Assembly: GCA_964553825.1 (NCBI GenBank)
Contig: CAZKLT010000001.1
Span: 126,989-190,988, forward strand
Direction of reading: 5' to 3'
Length of the DNA: 64,000 bases
Origin: an uncultured Gammaproteobacteria bacterium
Lineage (GTDB): Bacteria > Patescibacteriota > Microgenomatia > UBA10105 > UBA927
The first letter of the stretch is position 1. Every line of letters starts with the position of its first letter. Below are positions 18,535-27,952 of this stretch, piece by piece. The notes under the pieces were generated by a model. It saw only the letters and a list, made by a program, of their open reading frames with translations, did no database searches and was not told the origin of the DNA. Made by a program: the position numbers and the translations under genes.

Positions 18535-19724
18535 GAAAAATAGTATCTATCATGGCACTTCTTGTTATAGCCGGTATATTTTGGGGCAGCATGTTTCTCT
18601 ACCGGAATTTTCGTGGGGCGGGACCGGCAGTTAATCCACCGGTTCGGGATATCGCGCAGCTGATTTCCGGGCAGAAGCCAAAAGAAGCAGAGAACACAAC
18701 CGGACTGCCCATAACGTTGCCAAGCGGATTTTCCATTTCGATTTTTGCCAAAAATCTGGATAACCCTCGGGTTTTAGTATGGGATCCGGCGGGAACATTA
18801 TTAGTAAGCATTCCCTCTCAAGGAAAAGTAGTAGCGCTTCCGGATGCAAATGGCGACGGAGCGTCCGATGAAACGAAAATTGTTATTGAAGGCTTGAATC
18901 GTCCGCACGGACTTGCGTTTCATGATGGCAGATTATTTATCGCGGAGACAGGGTCGGTTATCTCATATTCCTATGATGCCCAAAGAAAGCGAGCTTCTGA
19001 CGGAAGAAAAATAGTGGATCTTCCGGTCGGAGGAAATCATTTCAGCCGAACCATCGGGTTTGGTCCTGATGGTCGACTGTATATTTCTGTCGGATCGTCC
19101 TGTAACGTGTGTGTTGAGAAGGATTGGCGACGAGCCAAAATGCTGGTAGCAAATGCCGATGGGACGGGATTGCGGGAGTATGCGCGGGGTCTTCGCAACA
19201 GCGTGTTTTTTGTTTGGCACCCAGTAACCAAAGCGCTTTGGGCCACAGATATGGGTCGTGATTTATTAGGTGACAATTTGCCACCGGAGGAAGTGAATAT
19301 TGTCGAAGACGGTAAAGATTACGGATGGCCTTATTGTTATTTTAACCGGGTGCATGATGATTCGTTTGATCCGCAGGGGCAACAATCCTGTGAAACTACA
19401 GTTGCACCACATATAACTTTTCAGGCTCATTCTGCGCCGCTTGGATTGGCATTTATCCCGGACAGTTGGCCTGCCGAGTATCGTGGTGATTTGCTCGTCG
19501 CATATCATGGTTCATGGAACCGTTCAGTGCCGACGGGGTATAAAATAGCCCGATTCGATTTGGACGACCAGTATCGATCGATCAGTGAGTCCGAGTTTTT
19601 GGCAGGATTTCTTGAGGGAAATGGCGCACTTGGTAGGCCCGTTGATCTTTTATTTGATACGCAGGGGAACCTCTTCGTTACGGATGACAAGTCTGGCACT
19701 GTCTATCGTATCAGCCAAAGGTAA
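18531..19724 (+). CDS. PQQ-dependent sugar (glucose/sorbosone) dehydrogenase-like beta-propeller, membrane-anchored
   Basis: HFSRTIGFGPDGRLY, GSSCNVC, GLRN, YGWPYC, AHSAPLG, HGSWNR and GRPVD. Confidence 0.88.
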   Translation: MRKIVSIMALLVIAGIFWGSMFLYRNFRGAGPAVNPPVRDIAQLISGQKPKEAENTTGLPITLPSGFSISIFAKNLDNPRVLVWDPAGTLLVSIPSQGKVVALPDANGDGASDETKIVIEGLNRPHGLAFHDGRLFIAETGSVISYSYDAQRKRASDGRKIVDLPVGGNHFSRTIGFGPDGRLYISVGSSCNVCVEKDWRRAKMLVANADGTGLREYARGLRNSVFFVWHPVTKALWATDMGRDLLGDNLPPEEVNIVEDGKDYGWPYCYFNRVHDDSFDPQGQQSCETTVAPHITFQAHSAPLGLAFIPDSWPAEYRGDLLVAYHGSWNRSVPTGYKIARFDLDDQYRSISESEFLAGFLEGNGALGRPVDLLFDTQGNLFVTDDKSGTVYRISQR

Positions 19725-21450
19725 ATGCGAAAACTTCAACATTGGCATCCAGGAAATTGAGCTCAAGAATGTGTTGCCCCGGAGCGTCGAGCTTAATGAG
19801 TTTATAGAGACGATCACTTTCAACGATGACCGTTCCCTGGGTTACATCGACTCCAGCGGTTTGAGAGTTTACGATCGTTCCATCAAGAGAAACTGATACT
19901 TCGCCTGATGTTCCTTGTTTGGGCCGCATCACCAGAAATACTTCTGAAGCATCAAAAGAAAGCAGGAGTGTTGAGCCTTTCTCCGGTATAGCCCGCTCGC
20001 CTCCAACAATCCATGATCCGCCGTATGCCACAGAATTAGGAGGCATTATTTTCGGTGTACTAAAGCGTACCTCTGTGTTGCGGATAATTTTTTCGGGAGA
20101 GGCAAAATGCTCCATCCGGTCGTAGCCGAGATAGAGTTCCGGGGTTCTTGAAAATACTCTATATTGGGGGTTATCCAGTTGCTCGTCTACAGATGCGCCT
20201 GTCTCTACGAGGAGTTTTTGGATCATTAACTCCGTTTCGTCGTAGTCGCCTTCACCAAAATGGGTATACCTGATTTTTCCATTTTTATCGATAAGATATT
20301 TGGCTGGCCAGTAGCGGTTTTTATATGCGTTCCATGTGGCGTAATTATTATCCTGAATCACCGGATACTCAAGCGAGAAGTCTTTGATGGCTTTCTGAAC
20401 GTTGGTTGTGGATTTTTCGAATTCAAATTCGGGTGTATGGACACCAACTATAACAAGTCCTTTGTCTTTGTATTTCGCGTGCCAATTTCTGAGGTACGGA
20501 AGTGTTCGAATACAATTTATGCACGTATATGTCCAAAAATCAACCAGGACGACCTTGCCACGTAATTCTTTCATGGTAAGAGGGGGTGAATTGAGCCACT
20601 GACCGCCAGCGATAAAATCAGGTGCGGTGCCAAGACTGTCATTCAACAGTTCGTTCATGGGCTTGCCCATATCTGCTGGATTTGTAGGATTGTTTCGCAA
20701 TGCCTCCAGAGCGTTTTTCACGAATACGTTATCCTCGATTTTTGTAAGCCCAACGCCGTAATCGGGGAATGTCGTAAGTATGTATGTTTGGAATCTCCGG
20801 TCAATGTTAAAAAACATTGAAATTGCCGTAACGATCATCAGAAGACCGAACGTTTTTTGGATTTTGGCTGTATGGCTGATAAGCCATGGTGCCCGGTTTA
20901 TGAGATTTCTCCCTCCATAGGTTATTGCGAGCATTGGAATTGCTGTGCCTAAAGAATACGCCAGTGTGATGAAAAAGGCGGAAGCCGTCACACTGCCCGT
21001 CAGCGCGAGCGATATGACTGAGGCCAGAATCGGCCCGACACACGGGGCCCAAACAAGACCAAGACTGATGCCGACGATGACGCCTCCAAAAAAGTCAGAC
21101 CCGTTTATTATTTTTCCGGATTTGGGCGATACGGCGCCAGCCAAAACCGAGAAGAGTTTTTCCATCCAGACTTGAAACGCTGGAAGCAGAAGGCTCGCTC
21201 CGAACGTAAATACGACTACAATAGCAAATTGTCTCAGCGCATCTGCGGAGAGACCGGTGATTCGTACGATGGTGGAAAGAAAAAGGGTAAAAAAGGTAAA
21301 ACTCAGGACAAATCCCGCAATAATTCCCAGGGGTCGCTTTTTGCCGCCCGTGAGCGATCCCGACAGTACGATCGGAAGAATAGGGAGTATGCATGGAGAC
21401 AGGATGGTGACGATGCCGGCTATGAATGCGAACAGTAGGAGTATGGTCAT
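19711..21450 (-). CDS. dipZ: DipZ-like CcdA-thioredoxin fusion
   Basis: LSPCILP and WAPCVGP CcdA cysteines; DFWTYTCINC; GVHTPEF; C-terminal FTFG. Confidence 0.9.
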   Translation of the reverse strand: MTILLLFAFIAGIVTILSPCILPILPIVLSGSLTGGKKRPLGIIAGFVLSFTFFTLFLSTIVRITGLSADALRQFAIVVVFTFGASLLLPAFQVWMEKLFSVLAGAVSPKSGKIINGSDFFGGVIVGISLGLVWAPCVGPILASVISLALTGSVTASAFFITLAYSLGTAIPMLAITYGGRNLINRAPWLISHTAKIQKTFGLLMIVTAISMFFNIDRRFQTYILTTFPDYGVGLTKIEDNVFVKNALEALRNNPTNPADMGKPMNELLNDSLGTAPDFIAGGQWLNSPPLTMKELRGKVVLVDFWTYTCINCIRTLPYLRNWHAKYKDKGLVIVGVHTPEFEFEKSTTNVQKAIKDFSLEYPVIQDNNYATWNAYKNRYWPAKYLIDKNGKIRYTHFGEGDYDETELMIQKLLVETGASVDEQLDNPQYRVFSRTPELYLGYDRMEHFASPEKIIRNTEVRFSTPKIMPPNSVAYGGSWIVGGERAIPEKGSTLLLSFDASEVFLVMRPKQGTSGEVSVSLDGTIVNSQTAGVDVTQGTVIVESDRLYKLIKLDAPGQHILELNFLDANVEVFAFTFG

Positions 21451-21454
21451 AGTA

Positions 21455-21925
21455 TTACCTGGTGTTGGTAATCAGTTCTGCGAGGCCGCCACCGTTCCAT
21501 TTTTTTACGGCTTCTCCGTTGTCATCCACAGATACATACGTATGTTGATAGGTAACCGCATAGCGTTTTTTTAACTCGCGAGATGAGTCATAGTCGGTTC
21601 GAAACAGAACAACGTCTTCTGGAATTTTTTCCTGGCCTGCCTGAAATTCTTTGTCAGCGGGAACGCAGGTCGGACACCAGGGCGCGAAAAAGAAGTATAC
21701 CCGTTTTTTCCCTTTTGCTGATTCAAAGGCCGCTTGTGAATATGCGACATACCGGATATCTGAGGCAGGCGTAACCATGCTGGTATCAGGGTTGGTATCT
21801 GCCTCATTTTTTTTTGAGGTTTCCGCCGGTTTTGTCATCTGATTGGGAGCTTTTTGGGAAAGAAAGAAGGAAAAGCCGCCGATACCAATCATCAGTCCGA
21901 TTCCAAGTACAAGTTTTGTATTCAT
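21455..21925 (-). CDS. Membrane-anchored thioredoxin-like protein
   Basis: FFAPWCPTC, DYD, VTYQHT; N-terminal anchor; GGAGG SD. Confidence 0.85.
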   Translation of the reverse strand: MNTKLVLGIGLMIGIGGFSFFLSQKAPNQMTKPAETSKKNEADTNPDTSMVTPASDIRYVAYSQAAFESAKGKKRVYFFFAPWCPTCVPADKEFQAGQEKIPEDVVLFRTDYDSSRELKKRYAVTYQHTYVSVDDNGEAVKKWNGGGLAELITNTR

Positions 21926-21986
21926 GTTCCTCCTAGGTATCTTTCAGAGTAGTATGTGGTTGATGAAATGTCAAGAGTACTTTACA

Positions 21987-22361
21987 TCAGGATACGAGTT
22001 TTGCATAGAGTCTCATCAGAATTTTCGCGAGTATCATGACAGCAAGGGAGATAATCAGCCAAGGATCAATATTGTGTTGCAATGCCTGAAAAATAATGCC
22101 AACGGTCAGCGTGCCGGAGCCGATGAGAAAGGATGCGCGTCCTGCAGCCATCTGATGGGCGTAATCGCGTTCGTCAGCTGGCTTTTCCTTCCAAATAAAG
22201 CTAAGAAATACAAAGTAGGCGAGAATGAAAAGTGTGAGGACAACCATTTCCGCGGTTTCTGGCATAAGCAAGCCCATCGGCCGCAAAAATACAACAAGAC
22301 ATACGATAAGGAAGAAAGAAACTATTGCCTCCGCCCATGGGGATTCTTTTATGTGTTCCAT
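21987..22361 (-). CDS. Hypothetical 4-TM membrane protein (DERD motif, DUF2178-like)
   Basis: [10 protein letters not shown]; hydrophobic helices; co-oriented and overlapping with the XRE regulator. Confidence 0.7.
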   Translation of the reverse strand: MEHIKESPWAEAIVSFFLIVCLVVFLRPMGLLMPETAEMVVLTLFILAYFVFLSFIWKEKPADERDYAHQMAAGRASFLIGSGTLTVGIIFQALQHNIDPWLIISLAVMILAKILMRLYAKLVS

Positions 22362-22558
22362 ATGCTGAACATTGATTCTACGGGTTTTTTGAAGAATTTG
22401 GAAATTTTAAGAGCCAGGAGGAGCGAAGGAGTGTATGAGCCTTTTTCTATAGCTATGATTGTCTGTCGCGTAACGCCAACATGCCGGGCAAGTTCTTCCT
22501 GTGTCATGCGGTTTCTGACCCGTAATGTCTGAACTCGATTCTGAATTGTTTGTTTCAT
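22349..22558 (-). CDS. XRE-family HTH transcriptional regulator
   Basis: [32 protein letters not shown]; TATAAT 7 nt before ATG 22558. Confidence 0.92.
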   Translation of the reverse strand: MKQTIQNRVQTLRVRNRMTQEELARHVGVTRQTIIAIEKGSYTPSLLLALKISKFFKKPVESMFSIWNT

Positions 22559-22618
22559 CGAAGCGATTATACCACCCAAACGGTTGTCGGTAATTGCGTT
22601 GTGCCGTACAATGGAGAT

Positions 22619-23587
22619 ATGCAGTTTAATTGGATCGATTGGTCTATAGTTGTGATTGTTCTTTATCACGCGTACCTTGGGTGGGAATCCGGATTTTTTC
22701 CGCTTTTTACGAATTTCGTATCGTTCCTTCTCGCTCTCTGGGCAGCCATCGTATGGCAGGCGCCCGTCGCGGGATTTCTTTCAGACAAATTTGGTATTCC
22801 TGGAGGGTGGAGCGCGGTACTTTCGTATCTTTTACTGGCGTTTCTTGTTCAGGAAGTTGCCAATGAGCTTCTGCAGATATTTGTTTCGAAAATTCCCAAA
22901 AAAATAAAGAATTCAAAATTGGCTGAATCCATGGGCGCCCTGGTGTCCGCGGGAAACGGGTTTATCATCGTATCTTTTTTACTTCTTATCATACTTGCAC
23001 TTCCTATCCGCGGAACGGTAAAGGAGGATATACGAAATTCCCGTATAGGGTCAGTTTTAGCAAAGTATGTTGAGCAGTATGGAGCGCCTATAGAATCAGC
23101 ACTTCAGGAGGCAGGAAGAGCAGCTCGGACATTTTTTACCATAGACCCCGGATCAAAAGAGACTTTGGCGCTTCAGGTTTCGCCCGCGTCAGCGGATTTA
23201 TATGTTGATGAGGCTGCGGAGAAGGAAATGCTGGAATTGATGAATGCCGAGCGCGCGAAATCAGGCGCGCCTGCATTGACGATGGATTCCAAAATTGTGA
23301 TTGTCGCCCGGGCATATAGCCGGGACATGTTTGAGCGGCGGTATTTTTCTCATTACTCCCCAGAGGGAAATGATGCAGCCGACCGTTTGAAAGAGGGAGG
23401 GATTCAATTTTCGGTTGCCGGAGAAAATCTTGCATACGCGCCGGATGTAAAGACGGCGCACCAGGGGCTCATGGAAAGTCCGGGTCATAAACGAAATATT
23501 CTTGATGCTCGCTTTCGGAAAGTTGGTGTAGGAATCATTGCTACAAAAGGGTTTGGCATCATGGTGACACAGAACTTCACGAATTAA
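22619..23587 (+). CDS. CvpA (colicin V production) - CAP/SCP domain fusion
   Basis: NWID..GWESGF CvpA TM region; [16 protein letters not shown] and [15 protein letters not shown] motifs; TTGTCG-N17-TACAAT upstream. Confidence 0.85.
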   Translation: MQFNWIDWSIVVIVLYHAYLGWESGFFPLFTNFVSFLLALWAAIVWQAPVAGFLSDKFGIPGGWSAVLSYLLLAFLVQEVANELLQIFVSKIPKKIKNSKLAESMGALVSAGNGFIIVSFLLLIILALPIRGTVKEDIRNSRIGSVLAKYVEQYGAPIESALQEAGRAARTFFTIDPGSKETLALQVSPASADLYVDEAAEKEMLELMNAERAKSGAPALTMDSKIVIVARAYSRDMFERRYFSHYSPEGNDAADRLKEGGIQFSVAGENLAYAPDVKTAHQGLMESPGHKRNILDARFRKVGVGIIATKGFGIMVTQNFTN

Positions 23588-23629
23588 TTTTTGCAAACTC
23601 GTTTCTCCTCATTTATGATGGGTAGTCGT

Positions 23630-25000
23630 ATGTTTGAGCGGATGGCCATCATTGACGTGGAAACGACCGGGACCAATCCCGTCCGCGATCGGATTATTGA
23701 GATCGGCATACTTCGTATAGAGAATGGAAAACTCGTTGATTCCTTTGAGTCTCTTATAAATCCCCAGGTCCGTATTCCTCCCGAGATAACAATGCTTACA
23801 GGCATACATGCTCGTGAGCTTGAGAATGCACCGACATTTTATTCACTGAAAGATACTATCCGTGATTTTTTCAAAGACGCGGTATTTGTGGCGCACAACG
23901 CACGGTTTGATTATTCATTTATTAAATCAGAATTTGGGCGCCAAGAAGAATCATTTACGAGTCGTCAGCTCTGTACGGCAAAATTGTCACGAATGCTTTT
24001 TACCCGATACCGAAGACATAACCTCGACAGTATCATCGAGCGCTTCGGTTTCACATGTGCAAGCAGGCATCGGGCTATGGGCGATGCACAGGTGCTGTGG
24101 GATTTTCTTCAAATGATTCATACATCGGTGGCCCCGGAGAAGATTGAAAAAGCCATGAAACTGGTGACTAAAACAGCCGCACTGCCAGGGGCAATTTCCC
24201 GGGCAATGATTGATGTGCTTCCCGAGAGCCCTGGTGTTTATACGTTTTATAATGTCGAAGGCGCGCCTCTGTATATCGGGAAGAGTATTAATCTTAAAGA
24301 ACGAGTTTTATCGCATTTTTCGGACGCAACGACGAATGCGAAAGAAGCGAAGGTATTTCATAGTATCGGTTCTCTGGAAGTGGAAAAAACTGACGGTGAA
24401 TTAAGCGCGCTCCTGTTGGAGTCACACCTGATCAAGAAGCGGAAGCCTATCTACAATCGACAGCTTCGGGAAATGCAGCGACTCGTTATCGCGGTTAAAG
24501 ACCAAGATAAGAAGGGCTTCTTCATCGTTCATCTGAAAGAGGTTTCTACAATTCATCCGGATGAAATTCCCAGTATCGTTGCGGTATTCCGTTCGCTGAG
24601 GCAGGCCAAAAAACATCTTTCCGATCTTGCCGCGGAGCACGTGTTGTGCAAGAAATTATTGACACTGGAGAAAACGAGCAACACGTGTTTTGGCTATCAG
24701 CTAGGCACCTGTCACGGGGCATGTATGGGCAAGGAATTGTCTGCCCGATACAATCATCGGTTTGTCGAAGCATTCGGAAAGACGAAACTCAAGCAGTGGC
24801 CATTTGCCGGATCTGTTGCCGTGTATGAGGGGAAGACAGCGCATATTATTTCCCACTGGTGTTATATGGGTTCTGTGAGTGAAGATTCAGAATCGGTAAG
24901 CCGTGAGTATCAGTTTGACTACGATACGTATAAGATTTTATCCCGATACCTTTTGAAGAACGCCCCCAAGCTGCGTGTTCAGCCGTATAACGCTGGTTGA
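23630..25000 (+). CDS. DEDDh exonuclease - GIY-YIG (Cho/UvrC-like) fusion
   Basis: IDVETTG, VAHNARFD, HRAMGDA; PGVY..LYIGKS..RVLSHF; Cys cluster; TTGCAA-N17-TATGAT upstream. Confidence 0.9.
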   Translation: MFERMAIIDVETTGTNPVRDRIIEIGILRIENGKLVDSFESLINPQVRIPPEITMLTGIHARELENAPTFYSLKDTIRDFFKDAVFVAHNARFDYSFIKSEFGRQEESFTSRQLCTAKLSRMLFTRYRRHNLDSIIERFGFTCASRHRAMGDAQVLWDFLQMIHTSVAPEKIEKAMKLVTKTAALPGAISRAMIDVLPESPGVYTFYNVEGAPLYIGKSINLKERVLSHFSDATTNAKEAKVFHSIGSLEVEKTDGELSALLLESHLIKKRKPIYNRQLREMQRLVIAVKDQDKKGFFIVHLKEVSTIHPDEIPSIVAVFRSLRQAKKHLSDLAAEHVLCKKLLTLEKTSNTCFGYQLGTCHGACMGKELSARYNHRFVEAFGKTKLKQWPFAGSVAVYEGKTAHIISHWCYMGSVSEDSESVSREYQFDYDTYKILSRYLLKNAPKLRVQPYNAG

Positions 25001-25054
25001 AACTTTTTTGAATGTTTCCGATAGGCTTATTCGTAACAATGCTATAATTTTCGC

Positions 25055-25309
25055 ATGAATCCGCTCTTGGTTATTCCGGGTGTCGGCAAAAGTATAGCTC
25101 GGGATCTTATTGACATAGGTGTATATACGGTTTCCGAATTGAGGGATGAGGATCCAGAAGCGTTGTACCGGAGAATTTGTGACAAAGAAGGAGCTACCGT
25201 GGATCGATGTATGCTCTATGTGATGCGAAGTGCAGTGTATTACGTCTCGACCAGGAATCCCAAGGAACAATTATTGAAATGGTGGAATTGGAAAGATAAA
25301 ACAATATGA
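25055..25309 (+). CDS. Helix-hairpin-helix protein (Cdd1/pathogenicity locus, mitomycin-resistance McrB-like)
   Basis: IPGVGKSIARDL, DPEALY, DRCMLY and WWNWKD. Confidence 0.82.
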   Translation: MNPLLVIPGVGKSIARDLIDIGVYTVSELRDEDPEALYRRICDKEGATVDRCMLYVMRSAVYYVSTRNPKEQLLKWWNWKDKTI

Positions 25310-25962
25310 AACTCCTTCTGACGTCCGCAGGGCTGACAAATACGTCAATAACGAAGGCATTTTTGCAGCTCTTGAGGAAGCCTCCAGCCAAAAGTCGCGC
25401 AGTGTTTGTCCCAACCGCAGCGAATCCAGAAAAAGGTGACAGGGAATGGGTGGAACAGGAGATGAATACGTTAAGAAACCTTAATTTTTGTTCTTTTGAT
25501 AGTATTGATATAGCTCACGTGCCCAGTCAGGTATGGCGGCCACTATTTGACCAGGCGGATGTTATTGGTATTGGAGGCGGGAATGCTCGATATCTTCTGG
25601 CATGGCTTCGTATATCGGGATTGGCAGATATGATGCGAGAATATCTCAAAACCCGAGTTTATATGGGCATAAGCGCGGGTAGTATGGTTATGGCGAAAAC
25701 TGTGTCTTTTTCAAGTTTGGGAATCCTGTACTATGAGCGTACGGAAAAATTCATAGACGATAAAGGACTAGGCTTCGTTGATTTTGAAATTCGGCCGCAT
25801 TTCAATTCACCAGGTTTTCCGAAAGTCCGGCTGGACTATTTGAAAAAGTTAGCAAAGAAAAACCCGAAATCGTTTTATGCCATTGATGATAACTCGGCAG
25901 TGATGGTGGAGGGAAAGAAGGTCTCCGTTATTTCAGAAGGGCGATGGGAAGTCTTTAATTAA
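25306..25962 (+). CDS. Peptidase S51 (dipeptidase E-like)
   Basis: LLLTSAG, VPTA, GGGN, GISAGS nucleophile elbow and RPH. Confidence 0.85.
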   Translation: MKLLLTSAGLTNTSITKAFLQLLRKPPAKSRAVFVPTAANPEKGDREWVEQEMNTLRNLNFCSFDSIDIAHVPSQVWRPLFDQADVIGIGGGNARYLLAWLRISGLADMMREYLKTRVYMGISAGSMVMAKTVSFSSLGILYYERTEKFIDDKGLGFVDFEIRPHFNSPGFPKVRLDYLKKLAKKNPKSFYAIDDNSAVMVEGKKVSVISEGRWEVFN

Positions 25963-25982
25963 ATGTTGTTTTACAGGGCAAA

Positions 25983-26040
25983 TTGATTCAGGATTCGCTT
26001 TTGCTTATAATATTCATGGCGCACGGTAGTGCGCTTTTTC
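25983..26040 (+). promoter_or_regulatory. Promoter followed by hairpin and U-tract
   Basis: TTGATT-N17-TATAAT, then GCGCAC-ggta-GTGCGC-TTTTT immediately before ATG 26042. Confidence 0.6.
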
Positions 26041-26041
26041 T

Positions 26042-26983
26042 ATGACTGATCTACAAGAATACGAAATGCAGCGAACCAAGGAACGCATTATATCAATAGC
26101 GCAGAATGCGTATCAGCAGGTGTGGTTGCGCTTCCCCGAAGACTTGCGGCCCGAAGAGGCGATGATTCCCAACAAAAAAAATACTTTTATCGCACCAATT
26201 CCCGTTGAGCAAGGGCCAGATCTTCATCCTCTTATGAAAGAGGAGATACGTCTACAAAATGAGAAAGTGCAAGCTGGGTTAAGTGAAATAACCAGTCTGC
26301 AGAAGATAGCGTGGTTTCATAGCACGAAATATACGTTTACCCCAACACTCCTTATGTTTCCTGATGCATACCTTAAAAGAGTTGTCTACCATGAGGTTGG
26401 CGCTATGATGAATGTTACGCATCCGCCAATTTTGCCGGAAACTTACGATCAACATACCAGGAGACATGTGAAAGCCGCGCTTGATGGTGTACTTGTCGAA
26501 GGTCACAGTGTCCGGATGGAGGATACAAAAATAGAGCGTCGTGCATTCCGTCGAGTGTTATTTGCTGGCGATTATGTCATTACCGATATGAGGGTAACTC
26601 CCTATATGCTTTCAGCGGGTGAGATGTATGAACTGGCATTTGAATTCGTCTCAGGTGAAATAATGAAGCGGGGAGGCAATATGCGTTTGTTTGATCAACT
26701 GGTGATGAGGGGAGAATTGCGCCCTGACGAAAGTACAGACAATGTTGCTTTTTTTAACACATTTTTTTCTATAGCACGTTATGTTGATTGGCGCATTATG
26801 CTTCGTGGATTTTTGACAGGCGACCCTGATGAGGTCATATCCACGTTTGAACCTTATTTACGGGATAGAACAGGTGCTGCCCTTAACCAACTATTAGGCG
26901 CTGTTGATGAAGAGGAAAATGCATTAGGCTTGACGGATAGGCTTTCAGGATTTATCGATGACGCTTCAACAGTCAAATATTAA
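26042..26983 (+). CDS. Hypothetical protein (degenerate HExxH-like motif)
   Basis: 313-aa ORF with its own promoter; VVYHEVGAM and a downstream GEMYELAFE. Confidence 0.7.
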   Translation: MTDLQEYEMQRTKERIISIAQNAYQQVWLRFPEDLRPEEAMIPNKKNTFIAPIPVEQGPDLHPLMKEEIRLQNEKVQAGLSEITSLQKIAWFHSTKYTFTPTLLMFPDAYLKRVVYHEVGAMMNVTHPPILPETYDQHTRRHVKAALDGVLVEGHSVRMEDTKIERRAFRRVLFAGDYVITDMRVTPYMLSAGEMYELAFEFVSGEIMKRGGNMRLFDQLVMRGELRPDESTDNVAFFNTFFSIARYVDWRIMLRGFLTGDPDEVISTFEPYLRDRTGAALNQLLGAVDEEENALGLTDRLSGFIDDASTVKY

Positions 26984-26985
26984 TC

Positions 26986-27843
26986 CTACTTACCTTGCAA
27001 ACTCACCAATCCAAGAAGAGCGATAGCAAGTCCAATGAGTTGCTGTTTATTGAGTTTTTCTTTAAACACTATCCAGGAGAACAATACAATAACCGCAGCC
27101 TGAAGTGATGTGATTATCGTTACGGTCGATACTTCATAATGCGCGATCGTATAGTTGTAGAGCGAAAATGCGCCGATATCGAGCGCAGCCGCTATACCAA
27201 TGCTCTTCCATGGTGTTTGGGTTTTCAACAGCGAGAAATCATATTTTTTGTAGATCAGGATGAAAAACGTTGTTATGGTTATAGCGACCCGGATAGTTAC
27301 CACGGTGAGGAACCAGCCGATAGACCGTGAAAAAATCGCAAGAAAATAAAGATAAATCCCTGTTCCGATGGAGGAAACAAATGAATGGGGTACTCCTGTC
27401 AGAAGCGTAAAAATTTTTTCCTTTTTCTTCGGTAAATTAAGTCCTAAAAGGATAACGCCGATAATAATGAGAGACATGCTTATGAATTTTGAAAGTTCGA
27501 ATGACTCGCCAAGGAACGCAACGCCAAGGAGCGTCGTAAAAACCATATAAAGCTGTCCTATGGGACCAACGACAGCAAGGGTGCCGATTTTCGTCGCGTG
27601 GAGAAACAAGAGATAATTGAAACTGAAAGCTATTCCCAGGATGATGAGGGGAATGAGATTAACGTGCGCAGGTGCTGGAGGAGCGATTGGAAGAAGTAGT
27701 GCAAACAGGGGCACTCCCAATCCCTGGAAGAGAAAAAGTGTCGGAACGGGGCCGATTTTCCTGGAAGTTTTGGTGACCAGCACGGCAACAAGACCGAAGC
27801 CGATTGTTGCCACAAGGGAAAAAAGCAGTGCCGATAAATCCAT
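26986..27843 (-). CDS. EamA/DMT family transporter
   Basis: About 10 TM in two repeats; FLGESF and FKEKL..QQLIG; TGcTATACT 7 nt before ATG 27843. Confidence 0.88.
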   Translation of the reverse strand: MDLSALLFSLVATIGFGLVAVLVTKTSRKIGPVPTLFLFQGLGVPLFALLLPIAPPAPAHVNLIPLIILGIAFSFNYLLFLHATKIGTLAVVGPIGQLYMVFTTLLGVAFLGESFELSKFISMSLIIIGVILLGLNLPKKKEKIFTLLTGVPHSFVSSIGTGIYLYFLAIFSRSIGWFLTVVTIRVAITITTFFILIYKKYDFSLLKTQTPWKSIGIAAALDIGAFSLYNYTIAHYEVSTVTIITSLQAAVIVLFSWIVFKEKLNKQQLIGLAIALLGLVSLQGK

Positions 27844-27869
27844 GACCTCGAGTATAGCACTCAGTGCGC

Positions 27870-27942
27870 TAGACAGAGAAATGGATTTCCCGTATAATGA
27901 TGGAGATAAACATGGCTGCGCGCCTTGTGCGTAGCTTTTTTT
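27870..27942 (+). promoter_or_regulatory. fusA promoter with leader hairpin and U7 tract
   Basis: TAGACA-N17-TATAAT; GGCTGCGCGC-ctt-GTGCGTAGCT followed by a T run. Confidence 0.65.
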
Positions 27943-27952
27943 ATTTCTTATT

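Noticed and set aside
21843-22532. 229-aa plus-strand ORF
   Set aside because: Antisense to three well-supported minus-strand genes
15764-27952. Prophage or integrative element
   Set aside because: No integrase, transposase, structural genes or att-like direct repeats seen
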